Below the pieces are notes generated by a model, which saw only the letters and a program-made list of their open reading frames with translations, ran no database searches and had not been told where the DNA came from. The translations under genes and the position numbers were made by a program. From contig NC_134034.1 in the NCBI RefSeq assembly GCF_964204645.1, forward strand, positions 12,660,962 to 12,724,961: DNA of 64,000 nucleotides, written 5' to 3'. The stretch comes from Tubulanus polymorphus (Eukaryota; Animalia; Nemertea). Positions 13,161 to 25,600 of the stretch are shown here, in pieces (within the stretch, counting starts at the first letter, position 1; each line of letters opens with the position of its first letter).

Positions 13161-13875
13161 TCCCTCACCCTCACCCTCTCGCCCTTTCCTCACCATCTCC
13201 AACCACCTCCTCTCACCACGGTATCAACAGGCATTCGAACACCCTCCCTCTGCCTTACTCTACATGTCCATGGTATCTACAGGCATCATCGTGCCCTTAA
13301 CTCAGATCCTCTCTAACCCCTCTCCCGTCTGACCCTTCTACAAATAAAATATCCAGTATTTATTTGATCAGTAAAAGCTGCTAATGCCGTTTGTTTTGTT
13401 GAGTAACAGTAGTGATTCTGTGCTGCTGTTTTGACTGTCGAATTCCTCGCTCTAAAGAAGAGATAATGAAAGATCACGAACGTCGTCAGATCGCTTTGAA
13501 ATACGCGGACGAACTGAATCGAATTCACGTCGAAGATTTACAAATCGCTGAACGTAAGTTTACTGTAATTCGTGTGCGACTGGAATTGAATGGGTATGAA
13601 ATTACAGTAACATGATGAAAACGCACCGCGATATTGGCTTCAAAATACTTATCTCATTATTTTCAGGCCGGGTTTTCCCCGACGCGTTCAATACAGCTGC
13701 CAATCATTCGAATCACGTGTCTAGTGGCGGGGCCGGTAGGAGTGGTCAGAAGAAGAAGAAGGGTGCTCACAGGCCGACAGGTGGCGCTGGTAAAACGAGG
13801 AATGCGACGCGCACACTCGATGAATTACCGTTGTCAATACACGCTAAACGTATGGCTCAGAAATATCGTACTTAA
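12373..13875 (+). CDS. TMIE: TMIE homologue (transmembrane inner ear protein, TMC mechanotransduction channel accessory subunit)
   Basis: Exons 12373-12495, 12581-12701, 13410-13553, 13667-13875. Hydrophobic N-terminus, then [60 protein letters not shown] versus human [60 protein letters not shown]. Lys-rich tail. Start could instead be the ATG at 12385 or 12418. Confidence 0.9.
12737..13180. repeat. (CTCTCC)n/(CTCACC)n hexamer microsatellite in TMIE intron
   Basis: Directly visible; explains the GE, LP/HP and RV/RE ORFs. Confidence 0.97.
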
Positions 13876-14159
13876 ATTAAAGTTAGAATATAAATCCCGA
13901 GTGATGCGCCCAGCGCCCAAATGATGCGCCCAATGATGATCGACCAATGTTGATTATTACTTTAAGATCTATAAAATTTACTGGGGCCGAGACTTATTAA
14001 ACCAGGTCCGCCGAAACGGGCCGGGGGATGGTGGTGAAATCAGTTCTCCTTCCAACAGCAACAGAAAACACTTTTTTTCGTGTAGTTATTCTCGGCTAGT
14101 GTTCCAATAGCGGAGTCCATTTTAACCCCGTTTGGTCTTTGAGATTCTATCAATATTGT

Positions 14160-14686
14160 TACAAAGGATCTATTGTGATTTTAGTTCAGCGAAAATCCGA
14201 CAGAGGGCGCAAAACATCGAAATACCTTTTAGACCCCAGAGAAAGTTATAAAAACCTCCCGAAATGAAACAATACAGTGTTTGAAATATGTCTATGATTT
14301 CAAAACCAGTTCAAATTACTCGTAAATTGATTAATTAGGCAACGTAATTATTTGTCTAACGTATTTGAACTTATTTAGAAACGACAAGAATTTTTCGAGA
14401 CGCAAAAAACGACCGGTTAAAGGAGGTGGCGCCATCATGCAGAATTTCTAGGAACTAAACAGGGAAATGTAGTCGTCTCTTAATAAGCTAAAATACGTTA
14501 GACAAATAATTACGTTGCCTAATTAACTAATTTACAAGTAATTTGAACTGGTTTTGAAATCATAGATATATTCATTTCAAACACTGAATAGGAATTCGGG
14601 AGGTTTTTGTAACTTTTTCTGGGGCCTAAAGGGTATTTCGATGTTTTGCGCCGTCTATTGGACCTTTGCTGAGCTAAAATCACAAT
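14160..14686. mobile_element. Foldback/MITE, copy 2 of the same family
   Basis: Same arm sequence ending at 14385, reverse arm from 14472, different central spacer. Confidence 0.8.
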
Positions 14687-14849
14687 GAGCTTCCTTGCGT
14701 GCCAGTGTCGGTTTCATCGTTGGACAACTTGGTGATAAAGCAACAACTTGCTGTTCGTCAGACTTCCTTAAAGTGAATGAACTCGAAGAAAGATAGAATG
14801 CTTTAATTTATTATTACCAAATCTGGTTTTTATTCATTGGCAAATCTTA

Positions 14850-14955
14850 TAATAATAATAATAATTAATTAATTAATATCAATATCAATATTAATAATAA
14901 TAATTTTGTACAAACATGTGAAAAATTGGTCGAATCGACAAAAACCATGATAATC

Positions 14956-15008
<53 letters not shown>
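14850..15008. repeat. (AAT)n microsatellites
   Basis: Directly visible. Confidence 0.9.
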
Positions 15009-15009
<1 letters not shown>

Positions 15010-16633
15010 TTGTTATATTACATCAGATCTTTTGATAAAGACATCAATTTATTTACAAAGTCAATAACATTCTCTGCTAGTACACAACAGACGAACTCCC
15101 CCTACCCCCCCCCCCTGTATTCCCCCACACCATCTTGTTTGCATTTATCATCGACTGAAAATGTATCTAAAATATCTTTACAAATTTGGTGGACCCTGCG
15201 TTACGAGAATGAACAGAATACATGCATGAGGAAGGGCCTGAGGCAGGGCTCGAGGAGGGTCCGGGTTTGCAAACTTAACACGCACTCACCGGAAAAACAT
15301 ACATGAAAATCTACTACAACATCGATATCAAATAAATCTAAGTTTGATTTTGTGACTCTGAAACGTTTGTCAGGGGTCGATCAGAAAATTGTGAGTATCT
15401 TAGAAAATCTGACCCTTAAGTTTCTCACTGTCTGTTTCAGCACATCAGTCAAAATCATTCAGTTTTATTCGGCAATTAATTAAATATAATTCAATTAATC
15501 ATCAAATTATAATTAATGAGATTCATTAAACATAAAAAACAATAATTTTCATTAATTAGCACCAATGTTTCGTCGAGTTGTTTCTCATATTAAGAGGGGG
15601 AGGGGTCAGCGGTGATACCGGTACCTTCTTTAATCCGGGGATAAAGCTAATCCGGTTTATGAGAATTCTGGATTAAATTCTACCCAACTTTAATAAGTAC
15701 AAATATGTGGATTAATAAGATTTGTCGTCGATCGAATTTTTAAATGGTTTACGGTTTCGTCCGCGAGCGCTAAGTTTCTAAAGTTTCATCATAAAAATTC
15801 AACTAAATACAAAAATTCAAGCGTAATTCAACTAACAATGCTACGAAACGTAAAAATATACAGCGTCTCAATTCTCTTTTTGATTTAACGATTGAAAATC
15901 AAAGTACTGTTTTGGTTTTATACGCAAAATAAAAACACAGCCATCCGATGAACCAAAACGTTCCGAGAAATAACTAGAATCTGAAATCTAAATCTGACCA
16001 TTCTCTCTGTCTCTCTCAGTCTCTCTGTCTCTCTCTAACCCTTATTCTAACCATTTACATGTAAAATAATAATAAATCTGATTTACATTTGTTTTTAAGT
16101 AGTTCAATGCCTCACAAAATACAAATCAAAATCCACTTTATTGATTATTAGCCGTTCAAACAAGATGGCTGCCTCAACAAATCCCTCTAAATAAATTTCC
16201 AATTCAGTTTTGAGTTCTATAGAATCAAATACTTTGATGATGTCATAGGAGGATTTATTGAGGTAAATTTGACCATTAAAAAAATTATTGGTATTAATTT
16301 CTAGAACATGTAGCCCCGAGTGCATCACTCGCGAGGGTGACGCGCCCTGAGTGTACACACCTGTGAGGGTCACGGGTCTAGAAAAATACAAACAAGTCAC
16401 CATAACAACAGTATAACAAGCACAGCAGTTAATCGCAACAATACTGTCGGTTAATTCAATTTTGGCTTTGAACTAATTAATGGACGCTTTAATAATTCAC
16501 TGTGGACGAGATTAAATATGGACAAATTTTATATTGTAGCAAATAATTAATTTCCATGGCAACGCGACGTCTATTCGCTCCGATTGGCTGGTTGATGTGT
16601 CATGTGACTAGTACGTGGATGATGATTGGTCGA

Positions 16634-19600
16634 TTACGACGGTTTAAACGTCACTCCCTTGCTGTAAATAGAGCAGAAACATTTCATATAAACAGGGTCT
16701 GAACGATCGAATTCGAATTGAATGAATTATATTGGATTTAAAATGAAATTAATTTCAGATTCCGGTTCAATCCATTGTTGTCAGTTTTGACCCCTTAACA
16801 CTTTAATTCAACTGATTTTAACTTAAATTGAGACAACTGAGTTTTCTAGAATAAGCAGTCCTGCCAGTTAGTCAGCCAGCCGGTCAGCGAGCCAGCCAGC
16901 TGAGCAGGTCAATGTGTATACTCAAATAAGGCAACATGTATTCTATACCTGAACATGCAGAAAATAGCAAACACACAAAATTCAAGCAGACGAAACAAAA
17001 CAAAAGGAAGGTAGAATTTTAGGAATAAAGCCGACAAAAATCAAGCATCAGAAAGATTAGATGAATCTGTGCACAAGTTATTTATAAGGATGAGACATAA
17101 AAACTTCTCGGTTAAGGGTTTAATAAAGTAGGGGAGGGGAAAGGGTTAATCATGATTACTGTTAAACATTCAAAACTCGGTTAACAACGAAAACAGTTAA
17201 AATCGTTAAACTACAATCTCCACGGTAACTACACGACTAAACATACGTACGATGAATTTCTTTTAAACGTTGTTCGAGAATTTCTAATTGTTTAATGAAC
17301 GAATCGGAGGCGACTTCACGAGCGAACGAACCGCTGAAACTAGCAGCAGACGGAGGAGCCGAGCGAGCAGACGCGGCCGGAATGGATGAGTGATGACGAG
17401 GTAAAGAGCCTCCGCTCGGCAGACGGGACGAGGTACCGTTATACCTAACCCTGAAACCGATAAATAATTAATATATGATCACGTGGGTGACACGCCGGGC
17501 CAGCAGTTGATGAGTCGTTCAACTGCGGAACTAGCTCGGGCAGTTTCATAGTAAAAACTGTTTGATTTGATATTCAAACTGAATTTCTAAATGATTTTAT
17601 ACATTTTTATTATGAAACTACCTCCCGACACCTATTCAAAAATGGCCACAGTTGAGAGATTTCGAAACAAGAGTCAAATTTGAGACTCAAATAACAATAG
17701 GAAGTAGAGAGGACTCAACTGTAGTCAAACTGATCGCAGACTCAAGCAGGTTTTGATTATGATAGATTACAAATGATCAGATTAATCTAAATCCAAAATT
17801 TGACGTAAAAATCATAAATTTTTTTTTCGGATTAAGAATCAGCGCCTCAATTAACAGGTTCTAATTCATTCAAACTAGAAACAAACACCACAGAGAACTA
17901 GGCGGGGAGGGGTGATAGGAGGTGATCGGGGGTGATAGGAGGTGATGGGGAGCAGGGAGCATTCACTTACAGATATAACTTGCATTAATGCGCAAAGAGA
18001 ATACAGGGTGGGCCTAAAAACAACAACGGCAACATGCATGGCTGAATAAATAAATAAATACACAGTGCGCCAAAAAGAAACAGATAATAAAATACAGGTG
18101 GGAGTGTAGCGAGGATAGAATCAGTTATACCTGCTGCCTTCCGTGTAAGATTTGGAATGTCTCGGTTCGTGACCTATAGATGGCGACTGTGAATAGTGTC
18201 GTTCTACGCGGCTAGATGGCGCCGGTGTCGCGGAATGTTCGGTTACATGGAACGGCGTCGAATGCGCGTAGTGTCTCTCGACTAGGCCGCTAGAGGGCGT
18301 TTTACCGATCGGATACCACTGTTCCTCGCGGGTAGGGGGCGTCGTAAACAGTCTCGTTTCCGGCTTATTACGAGCGGTCGCCGGCGACGACGATGAGCGT
18401 TGTTGTTGTTGCCGCGGCGATAGAGAGTCGCGAGTCGGAGTGTGGAGACTCTGAGAACGCGGCACGTACGGGGAATAGACGCTAGTGTTGCTGGTTACCC
18501 CGGCGACCACCGGCGCGCCGATGCGTTTAACGCGTTTCCACTTGGCGTTGAGGAATTTCATGCGCGAGATCGCGATCACACATTTCACGGCGCTGCGGAA
18601 TTTCATCAACGCTCGAGTTCTCCGCGAACGTCGTTTTAATCCCTCCTCCGGCGGATACGCTCCCATTGTTGCTAACATCTGTAACGTACTGACCTCGGTC
18701 TCTTTATAATTCACTAATAACGATATTAAATACTGTTTCTGATAGATGAGGTTTTTGCGGTAACTTTCCGCGCGGAGGTAGTGACCGTAAAGTCTCTGAG
18801 TCTGAAATCATAAACGTCGAACATTTTATTCCAACGGTTAAAAACATTCTCAACATCATCAACGATCATCTCCTGAATATCGCGCAGATATTGATTTCCT
18901 CAAGCCAAATGAGCTTTAGACGAGAAGACACAATATCCGTGTATGATGATGACGAGAGAAATCCCACAATAACGAAGCCAAGATTGAAAAATACGCCTGA
19001 TGATGGCTAACAGTTGTTAGCCGAAACGTCGCTCCTCAAATATAATCATTCTGATATAGAATTTTTCAATCTTGGCTCTCGTTATTGTGGGATTTCTCTC
19101 GTCAACTGAGCTTCCACACAAAACTTTCCCTCAGTGCTAGACTATCGGCGAGTTTCAACAGTCATCTTATTTCTCTTGGCTCGGTTTCATAGACCGAGTA
19201 TCAAAGTTATCCCTAGGGCTGAACCCTCAATCTATAGACGATAACCACCATCGTAATAATGAGAATCCATGGTTATAGCTGACATATTTCAAAATGTTGC
19301 CAGGGATCATTTTGCTTCCACGTCTATGAAACCATTGAGTCAGCTGAGCGTCCTCTCGATACCAATTGGCTTTCATAAGTTCATTGATTAGAAATTTGTA
19401 TTTGTTTAAGATACATCCTGTATAAACCGTATTATATACGGACCTTCACGGTCTGAAGTGAAATAAACAAATAATAAACTTTACCTTCTCGTCGTTAGTA
19501 GTTCTTCCTGAAATCCTATAGGTGGCAGCAGAAACGTCGTTGAGCTCTTGTTCGCGTCGACGTAATTCCTGTTTTAACCGATTGACGTCTCGTTCCGAGT

Positions 19601-22600
19601 TGTGAAGCGCGTACGTTAAATTCGCTCGTTCGCTCGACCAATCAGCAGCGGCGGCAGACGACGACCTCGCGTTACCGGCAGACGTCGTCGTCGCCGATAG
19701 TGACGGTCGTATCGATAACGGAGATTGCGACTGAATTAAAATATATCGAAATTGCAAAATCTATTTTCATTTTTCTATCGAAGAAAACGACAAAATTTGA
19801 GATATTTCTTTCTTACCGATTGACGGGCAGATTCCTGTTGCCGATAGCGATATATTTCTTGTTCAAGATGGCCGAGTGTTTGACGTAGTTCTTGCTTCTC
19901 TTCACTGATTCGTTGAACGAACTGTAATAATTCGTTATTCTGACGTAGAATATTCTCGTTGATTTCGTCCGTTTTCATCTGAAAAATTGTGGAGAAAAAT
20001 CCAACGTCATAATTCAGATTCAGGGTAGCGCCCACAGGCTGGGTAGCTGACAGGCCGGGTAGCTGATGGACTGGGTAGCCAATAGGCGAGGTGGCCCACA
20101 TGCCAGGTAGCTAAAGGGCTGGGTAGCCCACAGGCGAGGTGGCCCACATGCCGGGTAGCTGACGGGCCGGGAAGCCCACCGGTCAGGTAGCTGAAGGCTG
20201 GTAGCCCACAGGTCAGGTAGTCGACGGGCTGGGTAGCCCACAGGCTGGGTAGCCAACGGGCTGGGTAGCTGTCGGGCTGGGTAGCCCACCGGTCGGGTAG
20301 CTGACGGGCCGGGAAGCCCACCGGTCAGGTAGCTGAAGGCTGGTAGCCCACAGGTCAGGTAGTCAACGGGCTGGGTAGCCCACAGGCGAGGTTGCCCACA
20401 TGCCGGGTAGCTGATGGGCTGGGTAGCCCACAGGTCAGGTAGTCGACGGGCCGGACAAATTACCTGTTTATCGGATTCAATTTTCTCTTTGACCGTGACG
20501 AGTTCCGATAAAATCGTGTCGAGTTTCATGTGAAGATTTTCTCCTCGTACGAACGCTGCCGTCGATATCGTATCGTCACCAGACGGCGCCAGTTGACTCA
20601 TATTACCGACCTGCTCTTTGTGATGTATGATTAACAGATGATGTTTCTGACAGAGATGAATTAATTTCTGCAGTTGAGATCGATAGTTTGAATATAATTC
20701 ACGAGATTCTCTCAATGAATCTTCGGCTTCAGCAGATACCTGAAAAATAAACATCAACTCGAATCAAATCAAACCTCTCAATCTCGGTTAGAGGACGATA
20801 CCTTTCCCCTACCATAAAACTCTGGGGCCAGTTCTATCGTCAGGGCTTAGACTTAAGACCAGTCTAACACCATCTAGAGCTAACCTCACAATTTATGACC
20901 AGTATTAAGGTATTAGACCAGTTGAAGTAAACCAGGCCCGGGGCCCAGTTATAGCTCAAGTCAAAAGTGGTCTTAATTCTTAAGACTGGTCTTAAGTCTA
21001 AGCTGTGACTGTGCAACCAGCCCTGGAAACAAAGACTGTAATTTACCTGAGTTTCGTTGAGCTGCCAATCAGATTTCGACCGCGGTGTAAAACTAGGTCG
21101 CATTGACCTCGCCCTCCTCTCATTATCCTCGCTATACTGCAGGCCCAACCTCGACCTTGATTCGGAGGTTAACCTCGAAATCGGTTCAGTAGTATCTAAC
21201 CTTGACCTAGGTTCCGCTGTCAAAGTTGACAACGGTTCAGTAGTATCTAACCTCGACCTAGATTCCGGCATAAATCTAGACATGGACTCGGTGTGACCTA
21301 ACCTTGACCGAGATTCCGACGTCAACCTTGACATTGGCTCAGTGTGATCTAGCCCCGACCTAGATTCCGGGGTTAACCTTGACCTCGATGACGGTTCGCA
21401 GTCTCTGAATTGCGAGCGAACGCTAGAGTTTTTAATCTCGTCTTTCAATTCGTCTCGTTGTTTTTCTAATTCTCGAACTCGACTCATCAAATTCTGATAA
21501 TCCAAATCTCGCGACCTCGACCTCGCGGCCGTCTGCTCGTGTCTTTTCACCTGCTCGCGAAGGTCGTCGCGTTGTAGTTCAAGGTCGACTAATCGCGTTT
21601 TTAAGTGTTGGTTTTCGAGATCTCGATCTCGGAGTTGTTGTTCGAGTTGTTTCGATTTCCCCGTCGTCTGCTGGTATTTACGAGTTGTCTGCTCGTGTTG
21701 CTCGGCGTCCATCAACAGACGTTTCGTTCGCTGATTCTCGAGATCTTTCTCTTGTAGTTTGATGGAGTGTTCGAGAACGGCGTCGATCGCTCGCTGGTTC
21801 AACATCTGAACTTCACGCTCCAAATCGTCGCACGTTCTCTTCGTATCTTCCAACTCGCTGTAATCGCAACAATCAAAACCGTTTTACGATATTCGAAACA
21901 CCACGAAGCAAAATCATGATTAGTTAAATACAGACTTTTCATTTTCACTGACTGCATTAATATGATTGGAATAGTGATACCGGCCGTAGTGCAGTACTGC
22001 GGCAAGTGAGGATTCCTCCAAATTATCAAAGAAAACTAGAACTAGGAACTAGGAAAAAAATCCAGGGACTAAAATGCAGTTTAATGTTTGCTGGAAATGA
22101 ATTATGCCCCCTGGTGGTGTTTACCTGAGTGTCTCTTCCACGCGTGTTCTCTCTGTTTCTAGCGCCACCTGTAATTCACGAATTCTCTCGGCCGATTCGC
22201 GTTGGTTTCCGTGCGTCTGCTGCAGTTTCGTACGCTCCGTTTCGAGTTCCGATTCTAAATCGTTCGTTCGTCGTTGCGTCGTCTGCCGATATTCGTCGCC
22301 GTGGAGTTTCTCGATATCGAGCGCCGTTTCAAGCTCGCGGATTCGCTGATTCGAATTTTGTAACTGATTTTCGGTGAGTTGAGCGCGCAGACGTTCTTTA
22401 TCTAACAGTAGTTGAAGTTCGCTGAGTTTGGTGTACGCTTCTCTGTGACTGACCTGACAAATATAAAACCCAGTTATTTACAAATAAACTCTTAACTTCT
22501 TCTAATATACAGAGGCTCGGTTTTATAGACTGGTATTACTTTTAACCCGGGGGCTAACTCAATTCATTATCAGTTAAGTTAGCCCCCGGGTTAAAGGTAA

Positions 22601-25600
22601 TACCAGTCTATAAAACCAAGCCAGTGTGTCAAAAAATGTATTACCGTTGCTTAAATATATACATAAATCATCAAATTAATTCATTATTTATCAACTATAA
22701 TTGAAATAAATCTTTTGGGGGTTAAGGTCGGTAGACCTGCATCAAGCGGCTCAAAAGTTGGTCAGTTTTCACCAGCGGACAGTCGACATAGTGACTATTA
22801 AAAGTTCATTGTTACTAATGGTATGTATCCGATTATTTTAATGGCCATTAAAATACATTAAAGACGTATTTGTTAGTTTGAAAAGATGACGACGTACCTC
22901 ACTAGCTAGTTTATCTCTATCTAGAGCCTGTTGTAGTTTATGATGTTCGTGCGACGCCTCGTCGCGATATTTCTCGCAGTTTTTCTGCTCTTGTTCGAGA
23001 GATTCTCTCAATTCGGCCGTCGTCACTTTCTCATCCTCTAACGCCGTTCTGAAAATAAAACAATCCAAAATTTGCTGATATGATATCACTGACGTACAGG
23101 GCGAGGGGGAGGGGGGAGGAATTCATTAAACTTAGCTAAGCCCAGTTTATTGCTAATTTTAGCATTAGAACGCATCTTTTGACCGGTGAAAAGTATGTGA
23201 AATTTAGATTTTCTCTGTAAGTGATATTTGAGAGATTGACTATGTCGCAGTAGCAGCGGAGGGAGGGAGACAAATAAACCAACACCGCTATATACACGTA
23301 CTACTGCACGACCACGGCGAGCCAGCGCCCTCTATACACAGTTACGCCTCAGTCTGCCGCAGATTTATAGCATTTGACTTTTCGTCATTGAATTCGACTT
23401 TGAAATTTCAAACGTGATTCAAATAAAGCGAGCAGACGATAGTAGAACTGAGTTTATACGGGTATAAATCACAGCTCGGTCTATATACTTCAACTACAGT
23501 AGACACCGCCCGAGAGCGAGCAGACGATAGTAGAACTGAGTTTATACCGGTATAAATCACAGCTCGGTCTATACTTCAACTACAGTAGACACCGCCCGAG
23601 AGCGAGCAGACGATAGTAGAACTGAGTTTATACCGGTATAAATCACAGCTCGGTCTATATACTTCAACTACAGTAGACACCGCCCGAGAGCGAGCAGACG
23701 ATAGTAGAACTGAGTTTATACGGGTATAAATCACAGCTCGGTCTATATACTTCAACTACAGTAGACACCGCCCGAGAGCGAGCAGACGATAGTAGAACTG
23801 AGTTTATACCGGTATAAATCACAGCTCGGTCTATACTTCAACTACAGTAGACTCCGCCGGAGAGCGAGCAGACGATAGTAGAACTGAGTTTATACCGGTA
23901 TAAACCACAGCTCGGTCTATATACTTCAACTACAGTAGACTCCGCCCGAGAGCGAGCAGACGATAGTAGAACTGAGTTTATACCGGTATAAATCACAGCT
24001 CGGTCTATACTTCAACTACAGTAGACTCCGCCCGAGAGCGAGCAGACGATAGTAGAACTGAGTTTATACCGGTATAAATCACAGCTCGGTCTATACTTCA
24101 ACTACAGTAGACTCCGCCCGAGAGCGAACAGACGATAGTAGAACTGAGTTTATACCGGTATAAATCACAGCTCGGTCTATACTTCAACTACAGTAGACTC
24201 CGCCCGAGAGCGAACAGACGACAGTAGAACTGAGTTTATACCGGTATAAACCACAGCTCGGTCTATACCTCAACTACAGTAGACACCGCCCGAGTCGGAT
24301 CCCATCAATTTGGAGATAACTGTTCAAATAGAATATTTGTTGAGATATTTTTTGTGAAACTATTTATGAAATACATAATATCCAACTCGGATATCACGCA
24401 AGTCAGACACATTTTTACGGCTCTTGAACGGAGTCTACTGTATATCTAAACCATGCTAAATAGACATCTACATCAGTTCATGTGTCATTAACCAGACTCT
24501 TCTAAACTCCATTCCGTATTCCACATTCATAGAAATATTTGAATTCAAATCATGCCACAAGAGTATCAGACACTACACTATGAAATATAGATTGAGAAGC
24601 AGGCTGCGGCGGTGGAGGAATATTCATCAGATGAATTATTCAATAATGAAGCAGATAATAATGAAGAGGGGGTGTTTAAAGTACATGAGAGGGTGTAAAA
24701 GGGGGAAGGGTGTAAGAGTGGGAGGGTGTATGAGGAGGGTGTAAGAGGGGGTGCAGGAGGGGGAGGGTGCTGGAGGGGGTGCAGGAGGGGAGTACGATAT
24801 GGGTTTAACTGCTATCCGTATATAAACTTACAATATTTCATCACATATAGACCTACAGTAAAACAAAATACAATCAGTGATAGATCAGACAGTACAGGCT
24901 TCATAGGATATTTTATCTAAACATTTTAACTGAATACACTTTACTTTTGAACAACTGTCTAAAAAACCCACGATGAGGAACCAGTTCCACATTTCAGTAA
25001 GAATTAAACCTTAGAAATCAAACCCAGTTCCGCGATAATTTTGAGTATACAAACTCTATTTCTAATGAACTTCACTTTCTTTTAGTGAAGAGTCCAAGTT
25101 AACCAGTAATTGCAGAACTGGGTCCAGAATTGTGGAATTGGGTACGGTAATTATGGAACTGAATCCAGTACTGTGGAACTGGGTCCAGAATTATGGAACT
25201 GAATCCAGTATTGTGGAACTGGGTCCAGAATTATGGAACTGGGTACAGTAATTATGGAACTGAATCCAGTACTGTGGAACTGAATCCAGTACTGCGGAAC
25301 TGGGTACAGTAATTATGGAACTGAATCCAGTACTGTGGAACTGGGTACAGTAATTATGGAACTGAATCCAGTACTGTGGAACTGAATCCAGTACTGCGGA
25401 ACTGGGTTCAGTAATTACGGAACTGGGTTCAGTGATTGTGGAACCAGTAATTCTTATTTAAAGTAAATAATATTTATAAACACTTACGATAAACTCTTAA
25501 CTCTTTCGTTCTCCTGATCAAGCGCTTGTTTATTCCGATCTCGTTGAGTTTTCACGTCCGATATCTCCGTAATCAACTCGGCATTTCTCAATCTCTCGAT

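Noticed and set aside
12699-13300. GE-, LP/HP- and RV/RE-repeat ORFs
   Set aside because: Translations of a hexamer microsatellite inside a TMIE intron.
17972-17979. 8-nt segment between AAG and GTAAGT on -
   Set aside because: Would shift the frame before the conserved FIKQLEILEQRL helix.
23428-24295. Regular repeats as a CRISPR array (also 44104-44560 and 46158-46882)
   Set aside because: No unique spacers, no cas genes, eukaryotic context.
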